A stretch of DNA of 64,000 nt, from contig NW_026867509.1 in NCBI RefSeq assembly GCF_020745735.1, forward strand, positions 1,860,001-1,924,000, in the 5' to 3' direction. Source of the stretch: Hemiscyllium ocellatum (Eukaryota). The stretch's first letter is position 1, and every line of letters starts with the position of its first letter. Positions 40,451 to 52,579 of the stretch are shown here, in pieces. The notes below the pieces were generated by a model. That model was given only the letters and a program-made list of their open reading frames with translations. It did not search any database and was not told the origin of the DNA. Both the position numbers and the translations under genes were made by a program.

Positions 40451-40579
40451 TTTGAAACTTGACACATATTATATTGTAACACAAGACAGGGACAGGTTTC
40501 ACTTATTGGCAGATCGTGGCCTTATTTTCATGCTTTATTTCCTTCTGTTGCCAGTATCCAGTCGGTAAATGGACGAAAC

Positions 40580-40925
40580 AGCAGCTTAGAACTTAGAACA
40601 TAGGAACCAATACAGCACCGAATAGGGACTTTGGCTCTCAGTGTTGTTTTATCCTACTTCACCCTACTCTATATGAAACTCACCCTCAGACTCTTTTGTC
40701 ACCCCCGAACATTCACGGTGGCTATCCAAGAGTCATTTAAATGTCCCCGATGTATCTGACTCTTCTGGCAATTATGGTAGTATATTCCACTCACCCAAAA
40801 CTCTCTGTGTAAAGAAACGACCTCTGAAATCTCCCCTAAACCTTCATCCAAGCCACTTCATGATAGCCATTTCCGTCGTTGGAGACCGTCACTGGCTATC
40901 CACTCTATCTATGCCTCGCATCACA
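40580..40925 (-). mobile_element. CR1 3' fragment, also present at the equivalent site of the duplicated block (~47495-47870)
   Basis: Both junction sequences are shared between the two blocks. Confidence 0.75.
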
Positions 40926-40962
40926 GCTTGTTTTAAATTGTGAAATCACAAGGAATCTATGA

Positions 40963-41280
40963 CACAGTGTACTAAGAACGCAGAAGCTAAGTGTCAATGC
41001 CTTATTCTATACTGTAACCGATCGTAAGAGTATCTAAAATAAGACAATCTCTGTCCTGAAATGCGTAGATATACTGTTTGTTACTGAACACTGGTCATGC
41101 TCATAGGGCTCTACAGTCACTGACGTCATTTTCTAAACAACATTATCATGTACACTGAGACTAGGTGAAACTTCAATGCAAGCTGTCCACATCGAGGTCA
41201 GGGATGCTACCAATGTGCAATAAGGACCGTAAATCTGAACCTTGCATTATCAGAATAAGAACATTTAGCTGCTTTGATGG
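40963..41280 (-). pseudogene. Possible V relic (paralog at ~47908-48230)
   Basis: Ends FCVLS followed by CACTGTG (40963-40969). The paralog has GACAATG-23-CAAATTTAA. Confidence 0.25.
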
Positions 41281-41954
41281 AAAACTCAAAATGTAATTTC
41301 TGCAAATGGGTAACAATCTCCGACTCAGGACAATGCGAAACTGCTGTACTGCCATCAGTCTGTGTCGAGTATATCTATAGCAAGAGTGAAATAGAATGCG
41401 TTTTACCATACACCATGAAGTACTGTCAGGATCCTCAATTGATTTTCATTTCTACTGTTCATGGTAACACATATTCCCTATCAAACATGCAATGAAGGCA
41501 TTTCATGTCAGTGAACCTCAGACACCGTCTGCTCCAAATTTTCAAACTAAATCCATTTCAAAGGCAAACATCGTGGCTGCTAGGCATCAAGTGCCCATTA
41601 TGAAAGAACAATCTAAGCACTGCTTTGAAAAGGAAATATTGCAGATTTCTGCCTTTCATGAATGAGGACAAGTGCAAAAATTCCAAATTTCAAGTGCAGT
41701 ATCAATTTCAGATGCAGGTTATTACCGGTTTCAATTTCAATTCATTTCTCCTACGTTGACGTGCTGAATTGCAGAATAGAGATGCAGTTCGTTGATTGGC
41801 TGACATGCAGAACAATGCATTTGTCAATTGATTGGGTGTTGTCTGGTGTCTCTGTCCCGAACAAACTATGAGCAGAGACATGGATATCAAGTACATCTTC
41901 AAATATTGACGTATAACCATTTCAGGAAGAACCAGTTTCTTTTGCTGGAGAACA

Positions 41955-42138
41955 GAGTTGAAAATTGTGCTGCTGGAAATACACAGCAGGCCAGGTAGCA
42001 TCCGAGAAGCAGGAGAATCGATATTTCGGGCATAAGCCCTTCTTCCTGAAGAAAGGCTTATGCGCGAAACGCCGATTCCCCTGCTCCTCGGATGCTGCCT
42101 GGCCTGCTGTGTTTTTCCAGCACCATGTTTTTCAACTC
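41955..42138. repeat. ~184-bp imperfect palindrome of Penelope terminal-repeat sequence
   Basis: The left arm is the reverse complement of the right arm around cttcttcctgaagaaag. Confidence 0.85.
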
Positions 42139-43232
42139 CTTTAGGTAAATTAAAACATGCGTTCAGTGAACGTTTGGAGGAACCCCTTTTAGTACGAGCC
42201 TAACACACCAGTTTGAATTCATTACTTTAATAGGCATAGGACTCATTAATCTACTGATTATCCACAGATGCCCCTCTTCATTGCAACAGATACCTGTGAG
42301 GATCCACTTCCGTTAGATTTCGCTGGATGTTCATTGATGTAATTTGAATTAATCATTTGATGCAGTAGTATATAGTGTGACAAAGGTTGCATTTTTATTG
42401 CACAATGTATGCTTATCGTGAAATCTGTAAACTGATAGGACAAAACAATTCAACTTGTAAGATACAGGATGGAATAAAATTAAAATTTTCAACACGCAGC
42501 AAGTTTCACTCTAAGCAACCTCTTCAGAATTGCTTTCTCACAACTTTTGGTCTGTTTGCTGTCTATAAGTGGATGTCTGAAACAGCCCATTGTGGATTTC
42601 AAATGTGTATCTTCCATTCACTCAACATTTCCCAATACTGTTGAATAAAAAGTAATAAACACATCGCCTGGGAGTGGATTTAAAAATGTAAGTTTGTGAG
42701 ATTGCTGGCTCTGTGGAATGTTCTGATGACTTTTTTCAAATCTGTGAATTGAGGAATGTGGTATTTATTTTATATATTTGCTACTCAGTCTGCAACTCAT
42801 CTAAATGGCATGGGTCTATATCTGAACTACCATACTGAAAAGCAAGTTTTATGTCATGAATAGGTCCCTCATGAAATTAATTTCTCTATCTATGGACAAA
42901 GGTCACTGACAGGAGGGATGAGAACGCAAGGTATTGAAAATGTTTGGTGGGAAACTAAATCAGAAACAGAGCTTCACTGATGGGTTTGTGCAGTTCATTC
43001 CTAGCACGTTTACATCGAAGCTAACATATTGATATGGCTCTCAAAAGTAACTAACGTTTATTTATCGTGCACTTTTTATCCTCGGTTAAAGATCCCCCTC
43101 CCCCCCCCCCCCACCCCACCCCTCTGTGACTCTTCCTCTGGGGTTGAATGGTTCTTTCTGTTTCTCCATATGAAAGAAACTTTCGGTGAGCTCGAACTGT
43201 CATGTTCAGAGAGAGGCTTTGAAGGGGCTGTG

Positions 43233-43713
43233 TCATAACTCTCAATCATAGAAATCCATGTCTGAGTCTGAGTTGATGGCCTTGTTGATTGCTTACTCTG
43301 TATTCTTCGTGTATTTAGTAAATGTGAAAGAGAATCGTTTAGCAAAGTCAGGATTCCTCGTTGCAATCTCTGCTGCAAGTATATAACTTATGTATTATGG
43401 AGGATGCCCTGAGAACTGATTGTGCCAGTAAAGGTCGGGGCTGTATCACTTGACTTCAAACTGCACGTTACTGTGACATTGCCTCCCTGTTTAACCGCTG
43501 TTTCAGGGACTGACTGTTCCACATGTCTTGATGACTCCATTCTAAGATAAACGAAAAACAGTATTCAAAATTATGTTCATTACAATCATTCGTTTCCTAC
43601 TAATAGCATGTGAGTTGGAAACATCTGTGTCAGGAGGAATTGAATGTTACTGGGAAGAAACACTTACTGAGAATTTGGAGAACGATGAGCATTGGTGCCA
43701 GAAGTTTCCTCGT
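43233..43713 (-). pseudogene. TCR V pseudogene, paralog of the 49k V
   Basis: 46-nt leader 43713-43668 with ATG changed to ACG. V exon from 43541 reads EWSHQD/VEQ...GNVTVTCSLKSSDT...RNPDFAKRFSFTFTK with frameshifts and stops. Heptamer CACAGCC at 43226-43232; nonamer lost. Confidence 0.88.
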
Positions 43714-44904
43714 GATGAACGATGGGTTTGTAATTCTGCATTCTGGAATACCCTTTGTTTGAGATCCTGATCAAAACCGTTGTTGCAAAGAATAACAGTG
43801 ATGGCTAGAGCAATATCTATGGTATCACAGGGAAGGGAAGTCGTGTCAGAGCCAAGGGCATCAAAAGAAAGCTCAAGGCAGAACTGCAGCAGACTCGGCT
43901 CTGAGTGAACTCATTGATCGGTGTGAGAGCAGAAGGAATGCAACGCCGAACAACTGCAACTGGACATCTTGGATGTTGTGAAGTCGGTGACCACCCCACC
44001 ACACATCAGGGCAGCACTGATGAAGAAATGGAGAAGCAGCGAATAAATGATCAAGGATTGCATTACTACACAATACAAATGGATGGTATTCCTACCATTG
44101 TGTCTGTGGCTGCTCTTTGAAAGAGAAAGTATAATTATTTTCACAGCCACAGCAATTGCCACATTCTGTACTTGTACAGGTTTTAATACTTTCTATGTGT
44201 GTTGAATGAAATCCTACTTACATTGGGAATTCTAGATTATAATAAGGCTCAAACTATAAAAGAAGCTGTGTTTCTCTTATTTGTCAATTCTCTTGATCGT
44301 GTTGCATATATCACTGAAATCTAAACAAGTGAAAACAATTTGGCATGATGGATCCAATCAACCAAGCTTTACAGCGCTCAGCAGCTCAGTAAAGTTTGAG
44401 TTAATCTTAATGTGGCATGAGGGCAATAATATTGTCTTGACTAAAATTCGATTGAAATTCGAGTTTCGATTGAAAGGACAGGATCAAATGTTAATAGAAT
44501 GCACAGACATAAATGTTCCCATTGGTGAACGCTTCAATTACCGCTGCATAAATTTAAAGTAAGAGGCATTATTAGAATCAGGGAAAGTGTGAAGAGCTTT
44601 TAGTCATCTGACGCGTTTCCAAAATCAGAAAGCCATTCTTTGAGGATGGTAGAGACAAAACCCTTTTAGCATTTGGTAATTCTTTCAACATGTACATGCG
44701 ATGCCAAGTAATCCAAAGGAATTGGCCAATTTTTGGAAGATGAGGTTGGAATAGTCAATTGCTGGACAATGACCAGCGCAGATTTGATGGTCCACGGGAT
44801 ATTTTCATGTGCTGCAAAATTCTTTGCCTGTACTATTCTATGTCTCGTTCTGCACGCTTCGGTGTCTGAATGTCTGCTTTTGCATTCTCCTGTTTGTGCG
44901 TGTA

Positions 44905-44954
44905 AGTATGTATGTATATGTGTGTACGTGTGTGTGTGTGTTTGTGTGTGTGTA

Positions 44955-44985
<31 letters not shown>

Positions 44986-44999
44986 GTTTGTGTGTGTGT
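44905..44999. repeat. Imperfect (TG)n microsatellite
   Basis: Read directly from the sequence. Confidence 0.92.
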
Positions 45000-45362
45000 T
45001 CCTTTTTGTATTAATATCGGGTTCGGTACAAGTTCAAAAGATTGGAGATGATCTCAAGAGCATGGGTTGATCGTAATTAAGTTTCGGTTTTACAAGAGAC
45101 AGTGACAGATATAATGACTGGAGGGATAATACTGACTTAATAAAGTCACAGTTCCTTTCCAGATTCAATTATCTTATATTTTGGGTGATATATTGTCACC
45201 TTTTGCTGGCGTATATTCGCTGCATCCTAGCACAGGTTGAAGCCGATATGCTACTCACGTTGTTTTGCACCTCCACGTTTTCCATGCTCTTGTTATTTTT
45301 TCAACTCATGACAGTTTCCTTTGGCGATTTGACATAGATTTTTTTTTACCCTGACATTTCAG

Positions 45363-45610
45363 ATTATCTGTTTCAGAAAGTTAAAACTGCCCTAAATAAA
45401 ACTTATCTTTCACTGTAATAATCCTTGTTTAAAATGTTTTAACAGTGGCTGGAAACGACCAAGTGCAATCGGTCAATCAAAACAGCACAAGTTTGAACAG
45501 ACAGAGACGTTCTCCAATCCACTTTGGTAAAGACAATAACCTGATTCTCGCTTCCTTGCTAGGATTGAAGGCCTTAATGTCAGGTGCAATGCTAGTTTGC
45601 ATATTTTCTG
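45363..45610 (+). pseudogene. Possible plus-strand V relic
   Basis: cag|AT...IFHC...WKRPS, then FGKDNNLIL...GLKALMSGAMLVC. Shares cagacagagacgttct with the 23k plus-strand V. Confidence 0.3.
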
Positions 45611-45799
45611 AACAATATGTTCAGATGTCTGATTTAGCATCTTTGAAACAGGTGTGTTTCCTAGATCAAAGATCCAGATACTACCACCGCAACGTTAGAG
45701 CTGTTATCATTTACTAATCAGCCTGCTCAGAATGAGTACTCACATCAGAAATTCCACACACATCTCATGTCATAATCGCATTTGCCCAAAACTCAGAAG

Positions 45800-46140
45800 T
45801 TCAACTTTGTTGTTCCTTTTTATTCGTGGAATGTTGGCATCTCTAGCTAGAGCAGAATTTATTGCTCATGTCTAATTGTCCAGAGGGGAGTTAAGAATCA
45901 AGCAAATTGCTGTGGATTTGCATGCAGATTAGACCTGGTAAGAATGGCAGTTCCCTTCTCTAAAGGACATTAGTGACTCAGATGTTTTTTTTTTCTGGTA
46001 ATTCACAATAGGTTCATAGTCATCATTGGGGTCCTACTTTCCGATTTTACTGGTTTCAAATTCCACCATGCTGGGATTCAAATCTGAGTCTGCAGCACAC
46101 TGCGTTGTTCTCTGGATTAACAGCCCAGCGATAATCACAC
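45800..46140 (-). mobile_element. Old shark SINE (Deu/SacSINE-like)
   Basis: Minus strand ctgggctgttaatccagag...tttgaatcccagcatggtggaatttgaa tRNA-like head. Confidence 0.55.
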
Positions 46141-48898
46141 TCCATGATCTGATTTCTAGGATGGGAATGGAATGTTAATTCAGGAGCAATGATTAAACAA
46201 TATCAATGTTGATATCGTGTTTGATAACATTACTGAGGTGAAATAGCCATATAAAGACAGCTCGGAAAATTAGAGACTTCACATAAATTCTCACATACAA
46301 ACTTGTTTGTATGGGTATTGGTAAATATTTCATACATTCTTCGTCTGTATCCACAGTGGCCTAACTGCAGGTCGAGTAACATGCAGTGGTATCTGCACAA
46401 ACTGGTACAAAATCCAAAAATAATTATTAATAATGTGGTCACATTAGACGATAAAGAGGTTTGAGGACCATATATATGATTACTCTGACCACCTATAATA
46501 AGTACAGTTATTTCAATGCAAGCAGTTTGAGAATGATTGTTATAGTGGGCTATCAGTGAATCATGAGGCACAGAATCAGGTAACTGCTAAAAGCTTGTAA
46601 AACATCTGCGAGTATTTGCAGGTTTATTCCACTTGTGCCTTTATCTGCTTTTGTATTTTGATTCTGGCTTCACAGAAAACGAAAACTGGTAGACCTACTT
46701 ATTACAAGTTGCTTGTAACAAGCAGCATCCCAAAAAACAGCTGAGAACATGAACATAGAATGTACAGCACAGTACAGGTCCTTCAACCCTCCATGTTGTG
46801 CCGATCTTATATCCTACTCTAAGATCAAACTATGCTACATACCCTTCATCTTACGATCATCCATGTGCCTATTATTTGTTCCTTCTGTCCAAAAGACCTT
46901 TAGAACATATTAAAAATTATTTCAAATTCACGATTTATATGGTAAATAGATTGGAAATGCATGCAGAGATAATGTAATCCACCAAATACTGTTTATTTGG
47001 AACTGCAAATGAGGGACTGTTGTTCCCAAACACTTAACTCACATTAATTCAGTAATACTGAGTCTGCACTGTGCCAAAACAGAATTTACCAAAATCGATG
47101 GATGGATTTATAATGTCAATACGCAATCATGGTCGACTCCTTATCTAACACTCTCATGAGAAACGCTTTGAAGAACACCGTTTCTGCTTCAGACTTAAAC
47201 AACACTTTATTTCATCAAACAATTTGAACGTGCCTGGAAACAACTCTCTGACCATTTGTGTTTACTACGGTGAATTTTGAATACAATCCTTCTGGCCTCG
47301 TGCACAGAGCATTATCCCTGAGGTACGACAACGCAAATATATTTTGAAACTTCTCTGATAGTAAATAGCTACCAGGACAGAGACAGGATGCACTCATTGT
47401 CAAACTGAGGCCTTAATTCGTTGCACAATTTGATAATGTCCCCAATATTCAGATAGTTCTGCAAGCTACAAATAGCCTGAACATCAGCTGAGAACACAGA
47501 ACACAGAACACGAAACAGTATACGCTCTTCGGCCCTCAACATTGTGCTGACCTTCTATCATATTCTAAGATCCAACTAAGTAACATACACTTAATATAAT
47601 ATCATCCATGTTCCTAACAAAAGTAACTAAATGTTCCTCATGTATATGATTCCACTACCACTGCTGACAGTGCTTTCTACGTACCCACCACTCGCTGTGG
47701 AAAGAACCTACCATATACATATCCATAAGTATTCCTCCAATTACCTTAAAATTATACCCCACCACGCACCTCCCCCCCCACACCGCCTCCCCCCTCCCCA
47801 CCCGTGATAGCCATTTCCACCCTGGAAAATGTATCTGGCTATCTACTCTGTCTATGCCCCACATCATAGCTTGTTTTAAATTTGGATGCCATTACGAATC
47901 AATGATACATTGTCGTCAATTCACAGGTGCAAAGAGACAATCCGCTACCCTCGACTGTCACCAGCAAGAAGAGATTTGACCTTCTATTCTGAAATTTATA
48001 GGCCCACAGTTCATCACTAATCACTGGTAGTGCTCATTGGTGCTCCAGTCACTGTGTACATATTTTAAACAACATTAGGCACGCATTCTTAAATTAGATA
48101 AGAAGTTAACGTAGGCTGCCTATACGAAGGTCAGGGATGCTATCAATGTGCGATAAGAATCCTTAGTCTGAGCGTTCCATTATCGGAATCAGAATACATT
48201 CAGCTGCTCTGATGGAAAAGTCAAGTGCAGTATCTCTGTGGATACAATCACTGACATTACGAATCCGCTGTAATGACATTAGTCTCTGTCAAGTAGATCT
48301 ATAGCAAGAAGGCAACATCATGATCCTCATTTATTTCCAATTTTACTGATCGTTGCAACACATATTCCCTATCAAACGTGCAATGAAGGCGTTTTATATC
48401 TTTCCCTGCACCTCGGTTCATTGGCAGCAACAATATAACAGCGAATCTCAGACACTGACTGCTGCATATTCTCAAACTAAATCCGTTTCAATGGTGAACA
48501 AGTGCCAGTTATGAAAGAACAATCTAAGCATTGCTGTGTAAAATAAATTTTGGTATTTTCCACCTTGCATGAATGAGGACAGGCACAAAATAACTCCAAA
48601 TTTCAAGTGCCCTATCAATTTCAACTGCAGGAGAGCCCGATTTCGATTTCATGCTATTTCTCGCTGACCGTGGAATACGTGTTGAATTGTAGAATAAAGA
48701 ATCAGTTAACTGATTGGCTGACATACAAAACAATGCATCTAAAACATTGATTGGAAGTTGCCTTTAAGATTACTTTAAGTTATCGTGCACTTTTTTTTTC
48801 TAACTTAAAGTCTCTCCTCTGACTCTTCCTCTGGAGCTGAATTGTTCCTTCGGTTTCAAAGTACGAATGCGCCTTCTTTCACTGGCACTCTCAGTGTG

Positions 48899-48938
48899 AG
48901 TTTTTGTAGGGGTTGCGTCATTACTCTGTATCAGTGTG
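48899..48938 (-). promoter_or_regulatory. RSS CACACTG-24-ACAAAAACT (spacer one base long)
   Basis: Heptamer 48932-48938, spacer 48908-48931 (24 nt counted), nonamer 48899-48907. Confidence 0.88.
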
Positions 48939-49418
48939 AGCTTCATTGCACAGAAATACATGGCAGAGTCGGATATGATGGCCATGCTGATTGTCAACTC
49001 GGCATACTTCGTAGATTTCGTAAATTTGAAATCGAATCGTTCAGGAACATCTGGATTCTTCTTGACAATGGTTTCTCCAGCTATATAAACCATGTACCTT
49101 GGAGGCTGCCCTGGGAGCTGACTGTACCAGTAAACATAAGGGTTGGTATCGCTTGTTTTCAAACTGCAGGTTAGTGTGACATTGTCTTCCTCTTTAACTG
49201 TCAATTCAGAGTCTGGCTGGTCCACCGTATCTTGCTGACTCCATTCTAAGAAAAACAAAAAGCAATTTTCAGGATTATGTCCATTACCGTCATTGTTTTC
49301 CGAATATTAACCCGTAGGTTGCAAACATCTGTGTCTGGAGAAACGGAATATTACTGGGAAACAAACACTTACTGAGAGTTGATACAATGATGAGGAGTGG
49401 TGTGAGAATATTCCTCAT
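48939..49418 (-). CDS. TRAV/TRDV: Intact-ORF TCR alpha/delta V gene segment (leader 49418-49373, V exon 49245-48939)
   Basis: Spliced product MRNILTPLLIIVSTLKWSQQDTVDQ...NVTLTCSLK...YWYSQLPGQPPRYMV...SDSAMYFCAMK. GT-AG intron of 127 nt; all canonical residues present. Confidence 0.93.
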
Positions 49419-51693
49419 GGTGAACTCTGAGTATGTAATTCTGCAGTCTGGAAAACCCTTTGTCAGAGATCCTGATCAAAGCTGTTTCACTCAATGACGG
49501 GCGACTGCGATCTCTGTAGTATCACAGAGAGGGAAGGCGCGTCAGAGACAAGGCAGCAAACGGAAGCTGAGGGCGGATCTGCAGCAGACACAGCTCTGAG
49601 TGAACTCATTATGCCATGTCAGAACAGAAGGTGAACAATGCCGTACAACTGCATCCAGAAATGTGGAACGTTGAAAGGTCTGGTACAACCCTGCCCGAGC
49701 AAAGAATCACCAATAATCAAATATGGAGGGGGGCATAAATGATCAAGGATTTCATAATTACATAATACAGATAGAAGCTATTCCGTCAATTATGACTGTA
49801 GCTGATCTTTGAAACATTCCTGCATGTAGTTTCACAGTCACAGCTATTGTTCTGCAGCTGTGCAAAATGTATTATTTTCTACGTGTCTTTGCAATAACAT
49901 TCTGAAAGTTAGCATTGAATCAACGTCCAATTACATGTTAAATTCTAGATTATAATAAGATTCAATGTGTAAAATAAAGTGTGTTTCTCTTGTCAATGCT
50001 ACTAATCGTGTTCCACAGATTATTGAACTCCAAACAAGTAAAAGTAATTCGGCATGATGGATTCTATCATCCTAATGTATTAGCGCTCAGCAGTTCAGTA
50101 AAATTTTCATTAACCTTAAGTTGACAGTTGGACAATCATATTTTCTTCTTTAGAATTCGCATGATTCAGGTGTCTGATTATCTTTCATTTCCCCAAGTCA
50201 GTAAACCAAATCACGCACGCTTCCTGATCTCTGGACTGCCATCCAAATTCAGCTCCACATCTGTTTGGTCCACTCCCAATGTTTCCCTCCTTCTGTCTCC
50301 TCTGTTCTTCTGCGGTTGTCAAGCTCCTGTCTATATATTGCGAATCAAATCACTGAGACTGATTCGGGGTTTTGGGCTTCCAAAGGATCTTTGTCATTAA
50401 GAAAAAGATACAAGATTAACCAATATCTTCCCAGGTTCTGTAGTTCTAACGAGGTTGCTTTTTCTCTGTCGTTGCCCAGATTCAATTCCGGTTGAGGAAA
50501 CAATGATATGTTCCTTTTGTGGAAACTGTTAAAATGAAAGTGAATTCCTGGCATTAAAACAGCAAATTTAGAGACAGAACAGCTCTGCCAGAATCAATAA
50601 CGGATTCACAGCACAGGTATAAACACCACACTGGGCCGGAAGAAAGCATGCCTTCCGAATCAAAGTAATCAGCTGTAACCGTCTAGGATGATACATTTTG
50701 GATTCATAGGTGTTTTGTTATATTTTTTCTTTAGGATTTTACAATGAACCGCCAGGGGAAAGTATGCATTTGCTACAATGGGGACTGGGATCATTTTGAG
50801 ACCCACAAAGGAAAACTTGCCGAGGGTGAAAGAAATCTGAGTAGTGACAGGCACTCAGAATGGAAGGAGGCTTCCTATCTGGCTAAGGTGCTTTTCACTT
50901 TGTGGGCCACAAATTTCTAATCCTTGAGAATGATTGGAAACGAAAAACCAAATTTAGTTTTATATTATGAGCGAGTCTGCAGGTGCATTATGAAAGTCAG
51001 TGATACAGAATGACAAAAACAATAAAATTTGGTGTGCTGAGAGCAACTTCACTGGGTCCTAAACACATTACTTTAACCACTCAATCACCACAATGACTTG
51101 GTAATATGCATAGATGATATTCATTTAGGCTATGCTGAAAAACATTTCACAGCCGTGCCTGTGCTGTTTGGGTGCAAAACAAATCAACAGATACCTTACA
51201 ATGGTAGATACCTTACAATTGGGGTTTCTTATTCTTCTAATCAGAATCCATATCGCTACTACCACACTTGCTTATTGAAAGACGCACAAAAGCACTTGAA
51301 ATGGGGAACCAATTTCAAACCCGCGGTTCAAGGAGTCGGAAACGTAAACTCTCCGATCAAGCGCCTTCTAATGGACAGCTGTCGTCACTTCAATGGGACA
51401 TAAGCACCTCAACAATATGGGACCTACAGGCCCCTCCACACTCATTTTTCAATGTTAGGTCCTGGTGGATCACGAGTCCGAATACGAGATTTCCACGTGA
51501 TCCTGGTAGATTTCCATTCATTTACAGCCACAAATATCTCTATCTCAGACTTCGATATGCACTGAGCAGCCACACATATATGGGTTGGAGAAATCGAAAG
51601 ATGTGCAACCCTTTGACTCAATTAAAACCCATGCATGCACTTGTTGAGGCGGCATCTCTACAAGTAGTGAGTCAAAGGCAGCATGCCCGAGCT

Positions 51694-51766
51694 GGCCCAG
51701 TGGTGCAATGGATAACGTTTCTGATTACAAATCAGGAGTTTGTAGGTTGAACTCTTTCGCAGCTCA
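51694..51766 (+). tRNA. tRNA-Arg(ACG)-derived pseudogene
   Basis: ggcccagtggtgcaatggataacgtttctgattacaaatcagg... matches the vertebrate tRNA-Arg(ACG) 5' half; anticodon and T arm are mutated. Confidence 0.7.
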
Positions 51767-52579
51767 AGTGTAGTTTAAAGCTGTCTCTCATTTCTTCATT
51801 CTCTGTCTGCATGGACAATTCATGTTGCTCCATAGTCACATTTTTAATACTGTTGTTGAAATAGATCTCCGTTTCCTGTGTTAATTCATATAAATGCTTC
51901 ATCATTCCCCCTACATATATTATGAAGAAAGACTTAGGTCCAACAGAATATTGCAGAAGTAAATTTAATCTCATTCAGACCTACACTTCCTCCTCAATGT
52001 TATCATCAATTTTCGTCAGCATGGGCTTCTAGATTTCATATTGGCCTCACTCTGAAATCAGGCTCATTTCAATGCCCAACACAAAGTGAATTGCAAACCA
52101 GATGGACGAACAATCTGACATAAGTTTCTCAGTGATGCAAATCCCATGGAGAGTTCATTTACAGATTCACAGCAGTCAAACTATTCAATCGCATCCAGAA
52201 ATCTTGCTGGGAAAAGTTTTAAGAAGTTGGTCTAACTTTCATTTGTAGATTAGTGGTGCTGGAAAAGCACAGCAGTTCAGGCAGTACACGAGGAGCAGTA
52301 AAATCGACGTTTCAGGCAAAAGCCCTGCATTTCTGATCATTCACTTGCTGATTATGTAAATAAAGTTGGAGGTTTAGTGAGCGGGCTATAATCTCACTGC
52401 CCTACTTTTCCTCTACTCCTTAACCATGAGCTGAGGGAGGGTGAATCATTGATGGGTTTGTTTGAATCCAATCACTTCATACATTTCTCAGTGTTTGATC
52501 TAAGTACCTGCAGAGTCTGGATTATCAACAGATTTCCAATGGGCTTCCATTAAAAGGAACATATATAAACACTGCTATA

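Noticed and set aside
44733-45051. Cys/Val-rich ORFs
   Set aside because: Translation of the (TG)n microsatellite
47215-47403. LRR C-terminal cap (CLC...CTRPEGL)
   Set aside because: No upstream LRRs, the paralogous block does not keep the frame, and a V relic explains the region at least as well
27818-49418. NAR-TCR, supporting-V-delta or IgH-like V identity for the intact segments
   Set aside because: Both have their own leader, no extra cysteines and TCR-type FR2 motifs, and no adjacent D or J segments with 12-RSS were found
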